Source: the human T2T-CHM13v2.0 reference genome, Homo sapiens
Assembly (NCBI RefSeq): GCF_009914755.1
Contig: NC_060933.1
Strand: one strand, 5' to 3'
DNA: 64,000 nucleotides
The position numbers and the translations under genes were made by a program. The notes under the pieces were generated by a model. That model ran no database searches. It was not told where the DNA came from and worked only from the letters and a program-made list of their open reading frames with translations. This document shows positions 15,072 to 28,171 of the stretch, piece after piece (the first letter of the stretch is position 1; every line of letters starts with the position of its first letter).

Positions 15072-18000
15072 ATTCCATTGCATTCCATTCCATTCCATTC
15101 CCCTGCACTCGCGTTGATTCCATTCCATTCCATTCCATTCCATTCCATTCCATTCCATTCCATTCCATTCGATTCCTTTCCGTTCCATTCCATTCCATTC
15201 CATTCCATTCCGTTCCGTTCCGTTCCATTCCATTTTATTCCATTCTATTCGGGTTAATTCCATTCCATTCCATTCGATTGCAATCGAGTTGATTCCATTC
15301 CATTCCATTCCATTCCATTCCATTCCATTCCATTCCTTTCCATTCCATTAAGGATGATTCCATTCCATTGCATTCCATTCCATTCTATTCCCCTGTACTC
15401 GGGTTCATTCCATTCCATTCCATTCCAATCCATGCCATTCCACTCGTGTTGATTCCATTCTTTCCATTCCATTCAAGTTGAATCCATTCCATTGCATTCC
15501 ATTCCATACCATTCCCCTGCAGTCGGGTTGATTCCATTCCATTCCATTCCATTCCATTCCATTCCGTTCCGTTCCGTTCCATTCCATTCCATTCCATTCT
15601 ATTCTGGTTAATTCCATTCCATTCCATTCCATTCCATTCCATTCCATTCCATTCCAATCGATTTGATTCCATTCCATTCCATTCCAATCCATTCCATTCC
15701 ACTCCATTCCAGTCCTTTCCATTCCAATCCAATCGGGTTGATTCCAATGTATTCCTTTCCATTCCATTCCATTCCATTGCAATCGAGTTGATTCCATTGC
15801 TTTGCATTCCATTCCATTCCATTCCATTCCGGATGATTCCATTCCATTGCATTCCATTCCATTCCATTCCCCTGCACTCGGGTTGATTCCATTCAATTCC
15901 ACTCCATTCCGTTCCATTCCATTCCATTCCATTGTATTCGGGTTAATTCCATTCCATTCCATTCCATTCCATTCCATTCCATTACAATCGAGTTGATTCC
16001 ATTCCATTACATTCCATTCCATTCCATTCCAGTCCTTTCCATTCCATTCCACTCGGGTTGATTCCATTCTATTAGTTTCCATTCCATTCCATTCCCTTCC
16101 ATTCCACTCTGGTTGATTCCATTCCTTTCCATTCCACTCGAATACATTCCCTCCTATTCCACTCGGAACGATTCCATTCCATTCCATTCCATTCCATTCC
16201 ATTCCATTCCATTCCATTTCGTTCCATTCCATTCTATTCCGTATCATTCCATTCCATTCCATTCCATTCCATTCCATTCCATTCCACTCGTGTTGATTCC
16301 ATTCCTTTCCATTCCATTCGGTTGGAAGGCATTCCTTTCCATTCCATTCCATTCCATTCCATTGTACTCGTGTTGATTGCATTCCATTGCATTCCATTCC
16401 ATTCCATTCCGTTGCATTCCATTCCATTTCATTCGGATTGATTCTATTCAACTCCCTTACTCTCCATTACATTCCATTCCATTCGGGTTGTTCCATTCCA
16501 TTCCATTCCATTCCACTCCCTTCCATTGCACTCGGGTTGATTCTATTCTATTCCATTCTATTCCATTCCATTCCATTCCGGATGATTTCATTCCATTGCA
16601 TTCCGTTCCATTACATTCCCCTGCACTCGCGTTGATTCCATTCCATTCCATTCAATTCCATTCCATTACAATTCGTTACATTCCATTCTATTCCGTACCA
16701 TTGCATTCCATTCCATACCATTCCATTCCATTCCATTCCATTCCATTCCATTCCGTTCCATTCCGTTCCATTGCATTCCATTCCATTCTATTCGGGTTAA
16801 TTCCATTCCATTCCATTCCATTCCATTCTATTCATTTCCATTGCAATCGAGTTGAATCCATTGCATTTCATTCCATTCCATTCCATTCCATTCCATTCCG
16901 TTCCGTTCCATTCCATTCCATTCCATTCTATTTGGGTTAATTCCATTCCATTCCATTCGATTGCAATCGAGTTGATTCCATTCCATTCCATTCCATTCCA
17001 TTCCATTCCATTCCATTCCTTTCCATTCCATTACGGATGATTCCATTCCATTGCATTCCATTCCATTCCATTCCCCTGTACTCGGGTTGATTCCATTCCA
17101 TTCCATTCCAATCCATGCCATTCCACTCGTGTTGATTCCATTCTTTCCATTCCATTCAAGTTGAATCCTTTCCATTGCATTCCATTCCATTCGATTCCAT
17201 TCGATTGTACTCGGGTTGATTCCTTTCCATTGCATTCCATTCCATTCCATTCCATTCCATTCCATTCCATTCCGTTCCATTCCTTTCCATTATATTCGGA
17301 TTGATTCTATTCAATTCCCTTACACTCCATTACATTCCATTCCATTCGGGTAGTTTCCACTCCATTTCATTCCATTACTCTCCATTCCATTGCACTCGGG
17401 TTGATTCCATTCCTTTCCATTCCATTCCATTCCATTCCATTCCATTCCATTCCGGAAGATTCCATTCCATTGCATTCCATTCCATTCCATTCCCCTGTAC
17501 TCACGTTGATTCCATTCCATTCCATTCCATTCCATTCCATTCCATTCCATTCCATTCCATTCCTTTCCGTTCCGTTCCATTCCATTCCATTCCATTCCAT
17601 TCCATTCCATTCCGTTCCGATCCGTTCCATTCCATTGCATTCCATTCCATTCTATTCGGGTTAATTCCATTCCATTCCATTCGATTGCAATCGAGTTGAT
17701 TCCATTCCATTCCATTCCATTCCATTCCATTCCATTCCATTCCTTTCCATTCCATTACAGATGATTCCATTCCATTGCATTCCATTCCATTCCATTCCCC
17801 TGTACTCGGGTTTATTCCATTCCATTCCATTCCAATCCATGCCATTCCACTCGTGTTGATTCCATTCTTTCCATTCCATTCAAGTTGAATCCATTCCATT
17901 GCATTCCATTCCATTCCATTCCCCTGCAGTCGGGTTGAGTCCATTCCATTCCATTCCATTCCATTCCATTCCAATCAAGTTGATTCCATTCCATTCCATT

Positions 18001-19946
18001 CCATTGCATTCCATTCCATTCCACTCCATTCCAGTCCTTTCCATTCCATTCCACTTGGGTTGATTCCAATGTATTCCTTTCCATTCCATTCCATTCCATT
18101 GCAATCGAGTTGATTCCATTGCTTTGCATTCCATTCCATTCCATTCCATTCCGGATGATTCCATTCCATTGCATTCCATTCCATTCCATTCCTCTGCACT
18201 CGGGTTGATTCCATTCCATTCCCCTTCATTCCATTCAATTCCATTCCATTCCATTGTATTCGGGTTAATTCCATTCCATTCCATTCCATTCCATTCCATT
18301 CCATTCCATTACAATCGAGTTGATTCCATTCCATTCCATTCCATTCCAGTCCTTTCCATTCCATTCCACTCGGGTTGATTCCATTCTATTAGTTTCCATT
18401 CCATTCCATTCCCTTCCATTGTATTCGGGTTAATTCCATTCCATTCCATTCCATTCCATTCCATTCCATTCCATTCCATTACAATCGAGTTGATTCCATT
18501 CCATTCCATTCCATTCCAGTCCTTTCCATTCCATTCCACTCGGCTTGATTCCATTCTATTAATTCCATTCCATTCCATTCCCTTCCATTCCACTCTTGTT
18601 GATTCCATTTCTTTCCATTCCACTCGAATACATTCCCTCCTATTCCACTCGGAACGATTCCATTCCATTCCATTCCATTCCATTCCATTCCATTCCATTC
18701 CATTCCATTTCGTTCCATTCCATTCTATTCCGTATCATTCCATTCCATTCCATTCCATTCCATTCCATTCCATTCCATTCCATTCCATTGTACTCGGGTT
18801 GATTCCATTCCATTGCATTCCATTCCATTCCATTCCATTCCATTCCATTCCATTCCATTCCATTCCATTCCTCTCCATTCCATTGCACTCGGGTTGATTC
18901 CATTCCATTGCATTCCATTCCATTCCATTCAATTCCATTCCGTTCCATTCCATTCCATTACATTCGGATTGATTCTATTCAACTCCCTTACTCTCCATTA
19001 CATTCCATTCCATTCGGGTTGTTCCATTCCATTCCATTCCATTCCACTCCATTCCATTGCACTCGGGTTGATTCCATTCCATTCCATTCCATTCCATTCC
19101 ATTCCATTCCATTCCGGAAGATTCCATTCCATTGCATTCCATTCCATTCCATTCCCCTGCACTCGCGTTGATTCCATTCCATTCCATTCCATTCCATTCC
19201 GTTCCATTCCATTCCTTTCCGTTCCATTCCATTCCATTCCATTCCATTCCATTCCATTCCGTTCCGTTCCGTTCCATTCCATTCCATTCCATTCTATTCG
19301 GGTTAATTCCATTCCATTCCATTCGATTGCAATCGAGTTGATTCCATTCCATTCCATTCCATTCCATTCCATTCCATTCCATTCCATTCCTTTCCATTCT
19401 ATTACGGATGATTCCATTCCATTGCATTCCATTCCATTCCATTCCCCTGTACTCGGGTTGATTCCATTCCATTCCATTCCAATCCATGCCATTCCACTCG
19501 TGTTGATTCCATTCTCTCCATTCCATTCAAGTTGAATCCATTCCATTGCATTCCATTCCATTCCATTCCCCTGCAGTCGGGTTGATTACATTCCATTCCA
19601 TTCCATTCCATTCCATTCCATTCCATTCCGTTCCATTTAATTCCATTCCATTCTATTCGGGTTAATTCCATTCCATTCCATTCCATTCCATTCCATTCCA
19701 TTGCAATCAGTTGATTCCATTGCATTCCATTCCATTCCATTCCATTCCATTCCATTGCATTCCGTTCCGTTCTGTTCCGTTCCATTCCATTCCATTCCAT
19801 TCCATTCTATTCGGGTTAATTCCATTCCATTCCATTCGATTGCAATAGAGTTGATTCCATTCCATTCCATTCCATTCCATTCCATTCCATTCCTTTCCAT
19901 TATATTACGGATGATTCCATTCCATTGCATTCCATTCCATTCCATT

Positions 19947-20095
19947 CCCCTGTACTCGGGTTGATTCCATTCCATTCCATTCCAATCCATGCCATTCCAC
20001 TCGTGTTGATTCCATTCTTTCCATTCCATTCAAGTTGAATCCATTCCATTGCATTCCATTCCATTCGATTCCATTCGATTGCACTCGGGTTGATT
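19947..20095 (-). repeat. Representative ~150-bp pHuR98-like SatIII module (about 20 copies in window)
   Basis: Minus strand reads AATCAACCCGAGTGCAATCGAATGGAATCGAATGG...GATTCAACTTGAATGGAATGGAAAGAATGGAATCAACACGAGTGGAATGGCATGGATTGG...CAACCCGAGTACAGGGG. This matches my recollection of the chr9 SatIII clone pHuR98 (not database-verified). Other copies near 2.5, 6.5, 10.5, 13.4, 14.5, 17.1, 22.0, 24.8, 25.7, 29.9, 36.8, 40.6, 47.4, 49.4, 52.2, 53.1, 57.4 and 59.8 kb. Confidence 0.75.
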
Positions 20096-20319
20096 CCAGG
20101 GCATTGCATTCCATTCCATTCCATTCCATTCCATTCCATTCCATTCCATTCCTTTCCATTCCATTCCATTCGGATTCATTCTATTCAATTCCCTTACACT
20201 CCATTACATTCCATTCGATTCGTGTAGTTTCCATTGCATTCCATTCCATTCCTCTCCATTCCATTGCACTCGGGTTGATTCCATTCCATTCCATTCCATT
20301 CCATTCCATTCCTTTCCAT

Positions 20320-21250
20320 TCCGGATGATTCCATTCCATTGAATTCCATTCCATTCCATTCCCCTGCACTTGGGTTGATTCCATTCCATTCCATTCCATT
20401 CCTTTCTGTTCCATTCAATTCCATTCCATTCCATTCTATTCGTGTTAATTCCATTCCATTCTATTCCATTCCATTTCCATTGAAATCGAGTTGATTCCAT
20501 TCCATTCCATTCCATTCCATTCCTCTGCATTCCGGATGATTCCATTCCATTGCATTCCATTCCATTCCATTCCCCTGCACTCGGGTTGATTCCATTCCAT
20601 TCCATTCCATTCCATTCCATTCCATTCCATTCCGTTCCATTTCATTCTATTCGGGTTAATCCCATTCCATTCCATTTCACTCCATTCCAGTCCTTTCCAT
20701 TCCATTCCACTCGGGTTGATTCCATTCTATTCCTTTCAATTCCATTCCATTCCATTGCAATCGAGTTGATTCCATTCGAGTTGAATCCATTCCATTCCAT
20801 TCCATTCCATTCCATTGCACACGGGTTCATTCCATTCCATTCCATTCTATTCCAATTCATTCCATTCCATTCTATTCCGTACCATTCCATTCCATCCCAT
20901 TCCATTCCGTTCCATTCCATGCCATTACACTCGGGTTGATTCCATTCCTTTCCTTTCCATTCTTGTTGAATCCATTCCATTCCATTCCATTCCATTCGAA
21001 TCCATTCCATTGCACTCGGGTTGATTCCATTCCATTCCATTCCATTCCATTTCATTCCATTCCATTCCATTACATTCGGATTGATTCTATTCAATTGCCT
21101 TACACTCCATTACATTCCATTCCATTCGGGATGTTTCCATTCCATTCCATTCCATTCCACTCCATTCCATTGCATCAGCTTGATTGCATTCCATTCTATT
21201 CCATTCCATTCCGGATGATTCCATTCCATTGCATTCCATTCCATTCCATT
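20320..21250. repeat. ~0.9-kb divergent 'EcoRI' module; related copies near 32170, 34140, 43995, 47730, 62060
   Basis: Ordered rare motifs: ccattgaattcc, cctgcacttggg, cctttctgttcc, ttgaaat[c/g]gag, attcgagttgaatcc, cacggg[t/c]tc, catgccattacact, [c/g]ttgttgaat, cgggatgtttcc, gcat[c/g]ag[g/c]ttgattgc. Confidence 0.8.
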
Positions 21251-24200
21251 CCCCTGCACTCGGTTTGATTCCATTCCATTCCATTCCATTCCATTCCATT
21301 TCATTCCGTTCCATTCCATTCCATTCCATTCTATTCCGGTTAATTGCACTCCATTCCATTCGATTCCATTCCATTCCATTCCATTCCATTGCAATCGAGT
21401 TGATTCCATTCCATTCCATTCCATTCCGTTCCGGATGATTCCATTCCATTCCATTCCATTCCATTCCCCTGCAGTCGGGTTGATTCCATTCCATTCCATT
21501 CCATTCCATTCCATTCCATTCCATTCCGTTCCATTCCATTCCATTCCATTCTATTCGGGTTAATTCCATTCCATTCCATTCCATTCCATTCCATTCCATT
21601 CCATTCCATTACAATCGAGTTGATTCCATTCCATTCCATTCCATTCCATTCCACTCCATTCCAGTCCTTTCCATTCCATTACACTCGGGTTGATTCCATT
21701 CTATTCCTTTCCATTCCATTCCATTCCATTGCAATCGAGTTGATTCCATTGCTTTGCATTCCATTCCATTCCATTCCATTCCAGATGATTCCATTCCATT
21801 GCATTCCATTCCATTCCATTCCCCTGCACTCGGGTTGATTCCATTCCATTCCACTCCATTCCGTTCCATTCCATTCCATTCCATTGTATTCGGGTTAATT
21901 CCATTCCATTCCATTCCATTCCATTCCATTCCATTCCTTTCCATTCCATTACGGATGTTTCCATTCCATTGCATTCCATTCCATTCCATTCCCCTGTACT
22001 CGGGTTGATTCCATTCCATTGCATTCCAATCCATGCCCTTCCACTCGTGTTGATTCCATTCTTTCCATTCCATTGAAGTTGAATCCTTTCCATTGCATTC
22101 CATTCCATTCGATTCCATTCGATTGCACTCGGGTTGATTCCATTCCATTGCATTCCATTCCATTCCATTCCATTCCGTTCCATTCCATTCTATTACTTTC
22201 GGATTGATTCTATTCAATTCCCTTACACTCCATTACATTCCATTGCATTCGGGTAATTTCCATTCCATTCCATTCCATTCCTCTCCATTCCATTGCACTC
22301 GGGTTGATTCCATTCCATTGCATTCCATTCCATTCCATTCAATTCCATTCCGTTTCATTCCATTCCATTACATTCTGATTGATTCTATTCAACTCTCTTA
22401 CTCTCCATTACATTCCATTCCATTCGGGCTGTTCCATTCCATTCCATTCCATTCCACTCCATTCCATTGCACTCGGGTTTATTCCATTCCATTCCATTCC
22501 ATTCCATTCCATTGCATTCCATTCCGGAAGATTCCATTCCATTGCATTCCATTCCATTCCATTCCCCTGCACTCGCGTTGATTCCATTCCATTCCATTCC
22601 ATTCCATTCCATTCCATTCCATTCCTTTCCGTTCCATTCCATTGCATTCCATTCCATTCCATTCCATTCCATTCCGTTCCGTTCCGTTCCATTCCATTCC
22701 ATTCCATTCTATTCGGGTTAATTACATTCCATTCCATTCGATTGCAATCGAGTTGATTCCATTCCATTCCATTCCATTCCATTCCATTCCATTCCATTCC
22801 TTTCCATTCCATTACGGATGATTCCATTCCATTGCATTCCATTCCGTTCCATTCCCCTATAGTCGGGTTCATTCCATTCCATTCCATTCCAATCCATGCC
22901 ATTCCACTCGTGTTGATTCCATTCTTTCCATTCCATTCAAGTTGAATCCATTCCATTGCATTCCATTCCATTCCATTCCCCTGCAGTCGGGTTGATTCCA
23001 TTCCATTCCATTCCATTCCATTCCATTCCATTCCATTCCATTCCGTTCCTTTCCGTTCCATTCCATTCCATTCCATTCTATTCGGGTTAATTCCATTCCA
23101 TTCCATTCCATTCCATTCCATTCCAATCGAGTTTATTCCATTCCATTCCATTCCATTCCATTCCATTCCACTCCATTCCAGTCCTTTCCATTCCATTCCA
23201 GTCGGGTTGATTCCAATGTATTCCTTTCCATTCCATTCCATTCCATTGCAATCGAGTTGATTCCATTGCTTTGCATTCCATTCCATTCCATTCCATTCCG
23301 GATGATTCCATTCCATTGCATTCCATTCCATTCCATTCCCCTGCACTCGGGTTGATTCCATTCCATTCCACTCCATTCCGTTCCATTCCATTCCATTCCA
23401 TTGTATTCGGGTTAATTCCATTCCATTCCATTCCATTCCATTCCATTCCATTACAATCGAGTTGATTCCATTCCATTCCATTCCATTCCATTCCAGTCCT
23501 TTCCATTCCATTCCACTCGTGTTGATTCCATTCTATTAGTTTCCATTCCATTCCATTCCGTTCCATTCCACTCTGGTTGATTCCATTCCTTTCCATTCCA
23601 CTCGAATACATTCCCTCCTATTCCACTCGGAACGATTCCAATCCATTCCATTCCATTCCATTCCATTCCATTCCATTCCATTCCATTTCGTTCCATTCCA
23701 TTCTATTCCGTATCATTCCATTCCATTCCATTCCATTCCACTCGTGTTGATTCCATTCCTTTCCATTCCATTCGGTTTGAAGGCATTCCATTCAATTCCA
23801 TTCCATTCCATTCCATTCCATTCCATTGTACTCGGGTTGATTGCATTCCTTTGCATTCCATTCCATTCCATTCCGTTGCATTCCATTCCATTACATTCGG
23901 ATTGATTCTATTCAACTCCCTTACTCTCCATTACATTCCATTTCATTCGGGTTGTTCCATTCCATTCCATTCCATTCCACTCCATTCCATTGCACTCGGG
24001 TTGATTCCATTCCATTCCATTCCATTCCATTCCATTCCATTCCGGATGATTCCATTCCATTGCATTCCGTTCCATTACGTTCCCCTGCACTCGCATTGAT
24101 TCCATTCCATTCCATTCAATTCCATTCCAGTATAATTCGTTACATTCCATTCTATTCCGTACCATTCCATTCCATTCCATACCATTCCATTCCATTCCAT

Positions 24201-25489
24201 TCCTTTGCATTCCGTTCCTTTCCGTTCCATTACATTCCATTCCATTCTATTCGGGTTAATTCCATTCCATTCCATTCCATTCCATTCTATTCCATTCCAT
24301 TGCAATCGAGTTGAATCCATTGCATTTCATTCCATTCCATTCCATTCCATTCCATTCCATTCCGGAAGATTCCATTCCATTGCATTCCATTCCATTCCAT
24401 TCCCCTGCACTCGCGTTGATTCCATTCCATTCCATTCCATTCCATTCCGTTCCGTTCCATTCCATTCCATTGCATTCCATTCCATTCCGTTCCGTTCCTT
24501 TCCATTCCATTCCATTCCATTCTATTCGGGTTAATTCCATTCCATTCCATTCTATTGCAATCGAGTTGATTCCATTCCATTGCATTCCATTCCATTCGAT
24601 TCCATTCGATTGCACTCGGGTTGATTCCATTCCATTGCATTCCATTCCATTCCATTCAATTCCATTCCCTTCCATTCCATTCCATTCCATTCTATTCGGG
24701 TTAATTCCATTCCATTCCATTCTATTGCAATCGTGTTGATTCCATTCCATTCCATTCCATTCCATTCCTTTCCATTCCATTACGGATTATTCTATTCCAT
24801 TGCATTCCATTCCATTCCATTCCCCTGTACTCGGGTTGATTCCATTCCATTCCATTCCAATCCATGCCATTCCACTCGTGTTGATTCCATTCTTTCCATT
24901 CCATTCAAGTTGAATCCATTCCATTGCATTCCATTCCATTCGATTCCATTCGATTGCACTCAGGTTGATTCCATTCCATTGCATTCCATTCCATCCAATT
25001 CCATTCCATTCCATTCCATTCCATTCCATTCCATTCCATTACATTCGGATTGATTCTATTCAATTCCCTTACACTCCATTACATTCCATTCCATTCGGGT
25101 AGTTTCCATTCCATTCCATTGCATTCCTCTCCATTCCATTACACTCGGGTTGATTCCATTCCATTGCATTCCATTCCATTCCATTCCATTCCATTCCATT
25201 CCGTTCCATTCCTTTCCATTACGTTCGGATTGATTCTATTCAACTCCTTTACTCTCCGTTACATTCCATTCCATTCGGGTTGTTCCATTCCATTCCATTC
25301 CATTCCACTCCATTCCATTGCACTCGGGTTTATTCCATTCCATTCCATTCCATTCCATTCCGGAAGATTCCATTCCATTGCATTCCATTCCATTCCATTC
25401 CCCTGCACTCGCGTTGATTCCATTGCATTCCATTCCATTCCATTCCATTCCTTTCCATTCCATTCCGTTCCATTCCATTCCATTCCATT

Positions 25490-27546
25490 CCATTCCATTC
25501 CTTTCCGTTCCATTCCATTCCATTCCATTCCATTCCATTCCATTCCGTTCCGTTCCATTCCATTCCATTCCATTCTATTCGGGTTAATTCCATTCCATTC
25601 CATTCGATTGCAATCGAGTTGATTCCATTCCATTCCATTCCATTCCATTCCGTTCCATTCCATTCCTTTCCATTCCATTACGGATGATTCCATTCCATTG
25701 CATTCCATTCCATTCCATTCCCCTGTACTCGGGTTGTTTGCATTCCATTCCATTCCAATCCATGCCATTCCACTCGTGTTTATTCCATTCTTTCCATTCC
25801 ATTCAAGTTGAATCCATTCCATTGCATTCCATTCCATTCGATTCCATTCGATTGCACTCGGGTTGATTCCATTCCATTGCATTCCATTCCATTCCATTCC
25901 ATTCTAATCCATTCCATTCCGTTCCATTCCATTTCATTACATTCAGATTGATTCTATTCAATTCCCTTACACTCCATTATATTCCAATCCATTCTGGTTG
26001 TTTCCATTCCATTCCATTCCATTTCACTCCATTCCATTGCACTCGGGTTGATTCCATTCCCTTCCATTCCATTGCATTCCATTCCATTCCATTCCGGATG
26101 ATTCCATTCTATTGCATTCCTTTCCATTCCATTCCCCTGCACTCGGGTTGATTCCATTCCATTACATTCCATTACATTCCGTTCCATTCCATTCCATTCC
26201 ATTCGGATTGATTCTATTCAATTTCCTTACACTCCATTACATTCCATTCCATTCGGGTAGTTTCCATTCCATTCCATTCCATTCCTCTCCATTCCATTGC
26301 ACTCGGGTTGATTCCATTCCTTTCCATTCCATTACATTACATTACATTACATTACACTCCGTTCCATTGTACGCGGGTTGATTCCATTCCATTCCATTCC
26401 ATTCCATTCCATTCCATTCCATTCGGATTGATTCTATTCAACTCCCTAACTCTCCATTCCATTCCATTCCATTCGGGTTGTTCCATTCCATTCCATTCCA
26501 TTCCATTCCATTCCGTTCCATTCCATTCCATTACATTCGGATTGATTCTATTCAATTCCCTTACACTCCATTACATTCCATTCCATTCGGGTTGCTCCAT
26601 TCCATTCCATTCCATTCCACTCCATTCCATTGCGCTCGGGTTGATTCCATTCCATTCCATTCCATTCCATTCCGGATGATTCCATTCCATTGCATTCCGT
26701 TCCATTACATTCCCCTGCACTCGGGTTGATTCCATTCCATTCCCTTTCACTCCATTCGATTCCATTCCATTCCAATTCTTTCCATTCCTTTCTATTCCGT
26801 ACCATTCCATTCCATTCCATACAATTCCATTCCATTCCATTCCACTCCGTTCCGTTCCGTTCCGTTCCGTTCCATTCCATTCCATTCCATTCTATTCAGT
26901 TTAATTCCATTCCATTCCATTCCATTCCATTCTATTCCATTCCATTGCAATCGAGTTGAATCCATTGCATTCCATTCCATTCCATTCCGGAAGATTCCAT
27001 TCCATTGCATTCCATTCCATTCCATTCCATTCCATTCCATTCCATTCCATTGTACTCGGGTTGATTCCATTCCATTGCATTCCATTCCATTCCATTCCAT
27101 TCCGTTCCATTCCATTCCATTACATTCGGATTGATTCTTTTCAACTCCCTTACTCTCCATTACATTCCATTCCATTCGGGTTGTTCCATTCCATTCCATT
27201 CCATTCCACTCCATTCCATTGCACTCGGGTTGATTCCATTCCATTCCATTCCATTCCATTCCGGATGATTCCATTCCATTGCATTCCGCTCCATTACATT
27301 CCCCTGCACTCGGGTTGATTCCATTCCATTCCATTCCATTCCCTTCGATTCCATTCCATTCCCCTGCACTCGCGTTGATTCCATTCCATTCCATTCCATT
27401 CCATTCCATTCCATTCCATTCCATTCCTTTCCATTCCAGTCTTTTCCATTCCATTCCACTCGGGTTGATTCCATTCTATTAGTTTCCATTCCATTCCATT
27501 CCCTTCCATTCCACTCTGGTTGATTCCATTCCTTTCCATTCCACTC
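25490..27546. repeat. ~2-kb block, copy 2 (inside duplication A copy 1)
   Basis: See copy 1; private variant attacactcc (C at 26357). Confidence 0.92.
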
Positions 27547-28171
27547 GAATACTTTCCCTCCTATTCCACTCGGAAAGATTCCATTCCATTCCATTCCATT
27601 CCATTCCATTCCATTCCATTTCGTTCCATTCCATTCTATTCCGTATCATTCCATTCCATTCCATTCCATTCCATTCCATTCCATTCCATTCCATTCCATT
27701 CCACTCGTGTTGATTCCATTCCTTTCCATTCCATTCGGTTTGAAGGCATTCCATTCCATTCCATTCCATTCCATTCCATTCCATTCCATTCCATTCCATT
27801 CCATTGTACTCGGGTTGATTCCATTCCATTGCATTCCATTCCATTCCATTCCATTCCATTCCATTCCATTCGGTTGCATTCCATTCCATCACATTCGGAT
27901 TGATTCTATTCAACTCCCTTACTCTCCATTACATTCCATTCCATTTGGGTTGTTCCATTCCATTCCATTCCATTCCATTCCACTCCATTCCATTGCACTC
28001 GGGTTGATTTCATTCCATTCCATTCCATTCCATTCCACTCCATTCCGGATGATTCCATTCCATTGCATTCCGTTCCATTATATTCCCCTGCACTCGCGTT
28101 GATTCCATTCCATTCCATTCCATTCCATTCCATTCCATTCCGTTCCGTTCCGTACCATTCCATTCCTTTCC

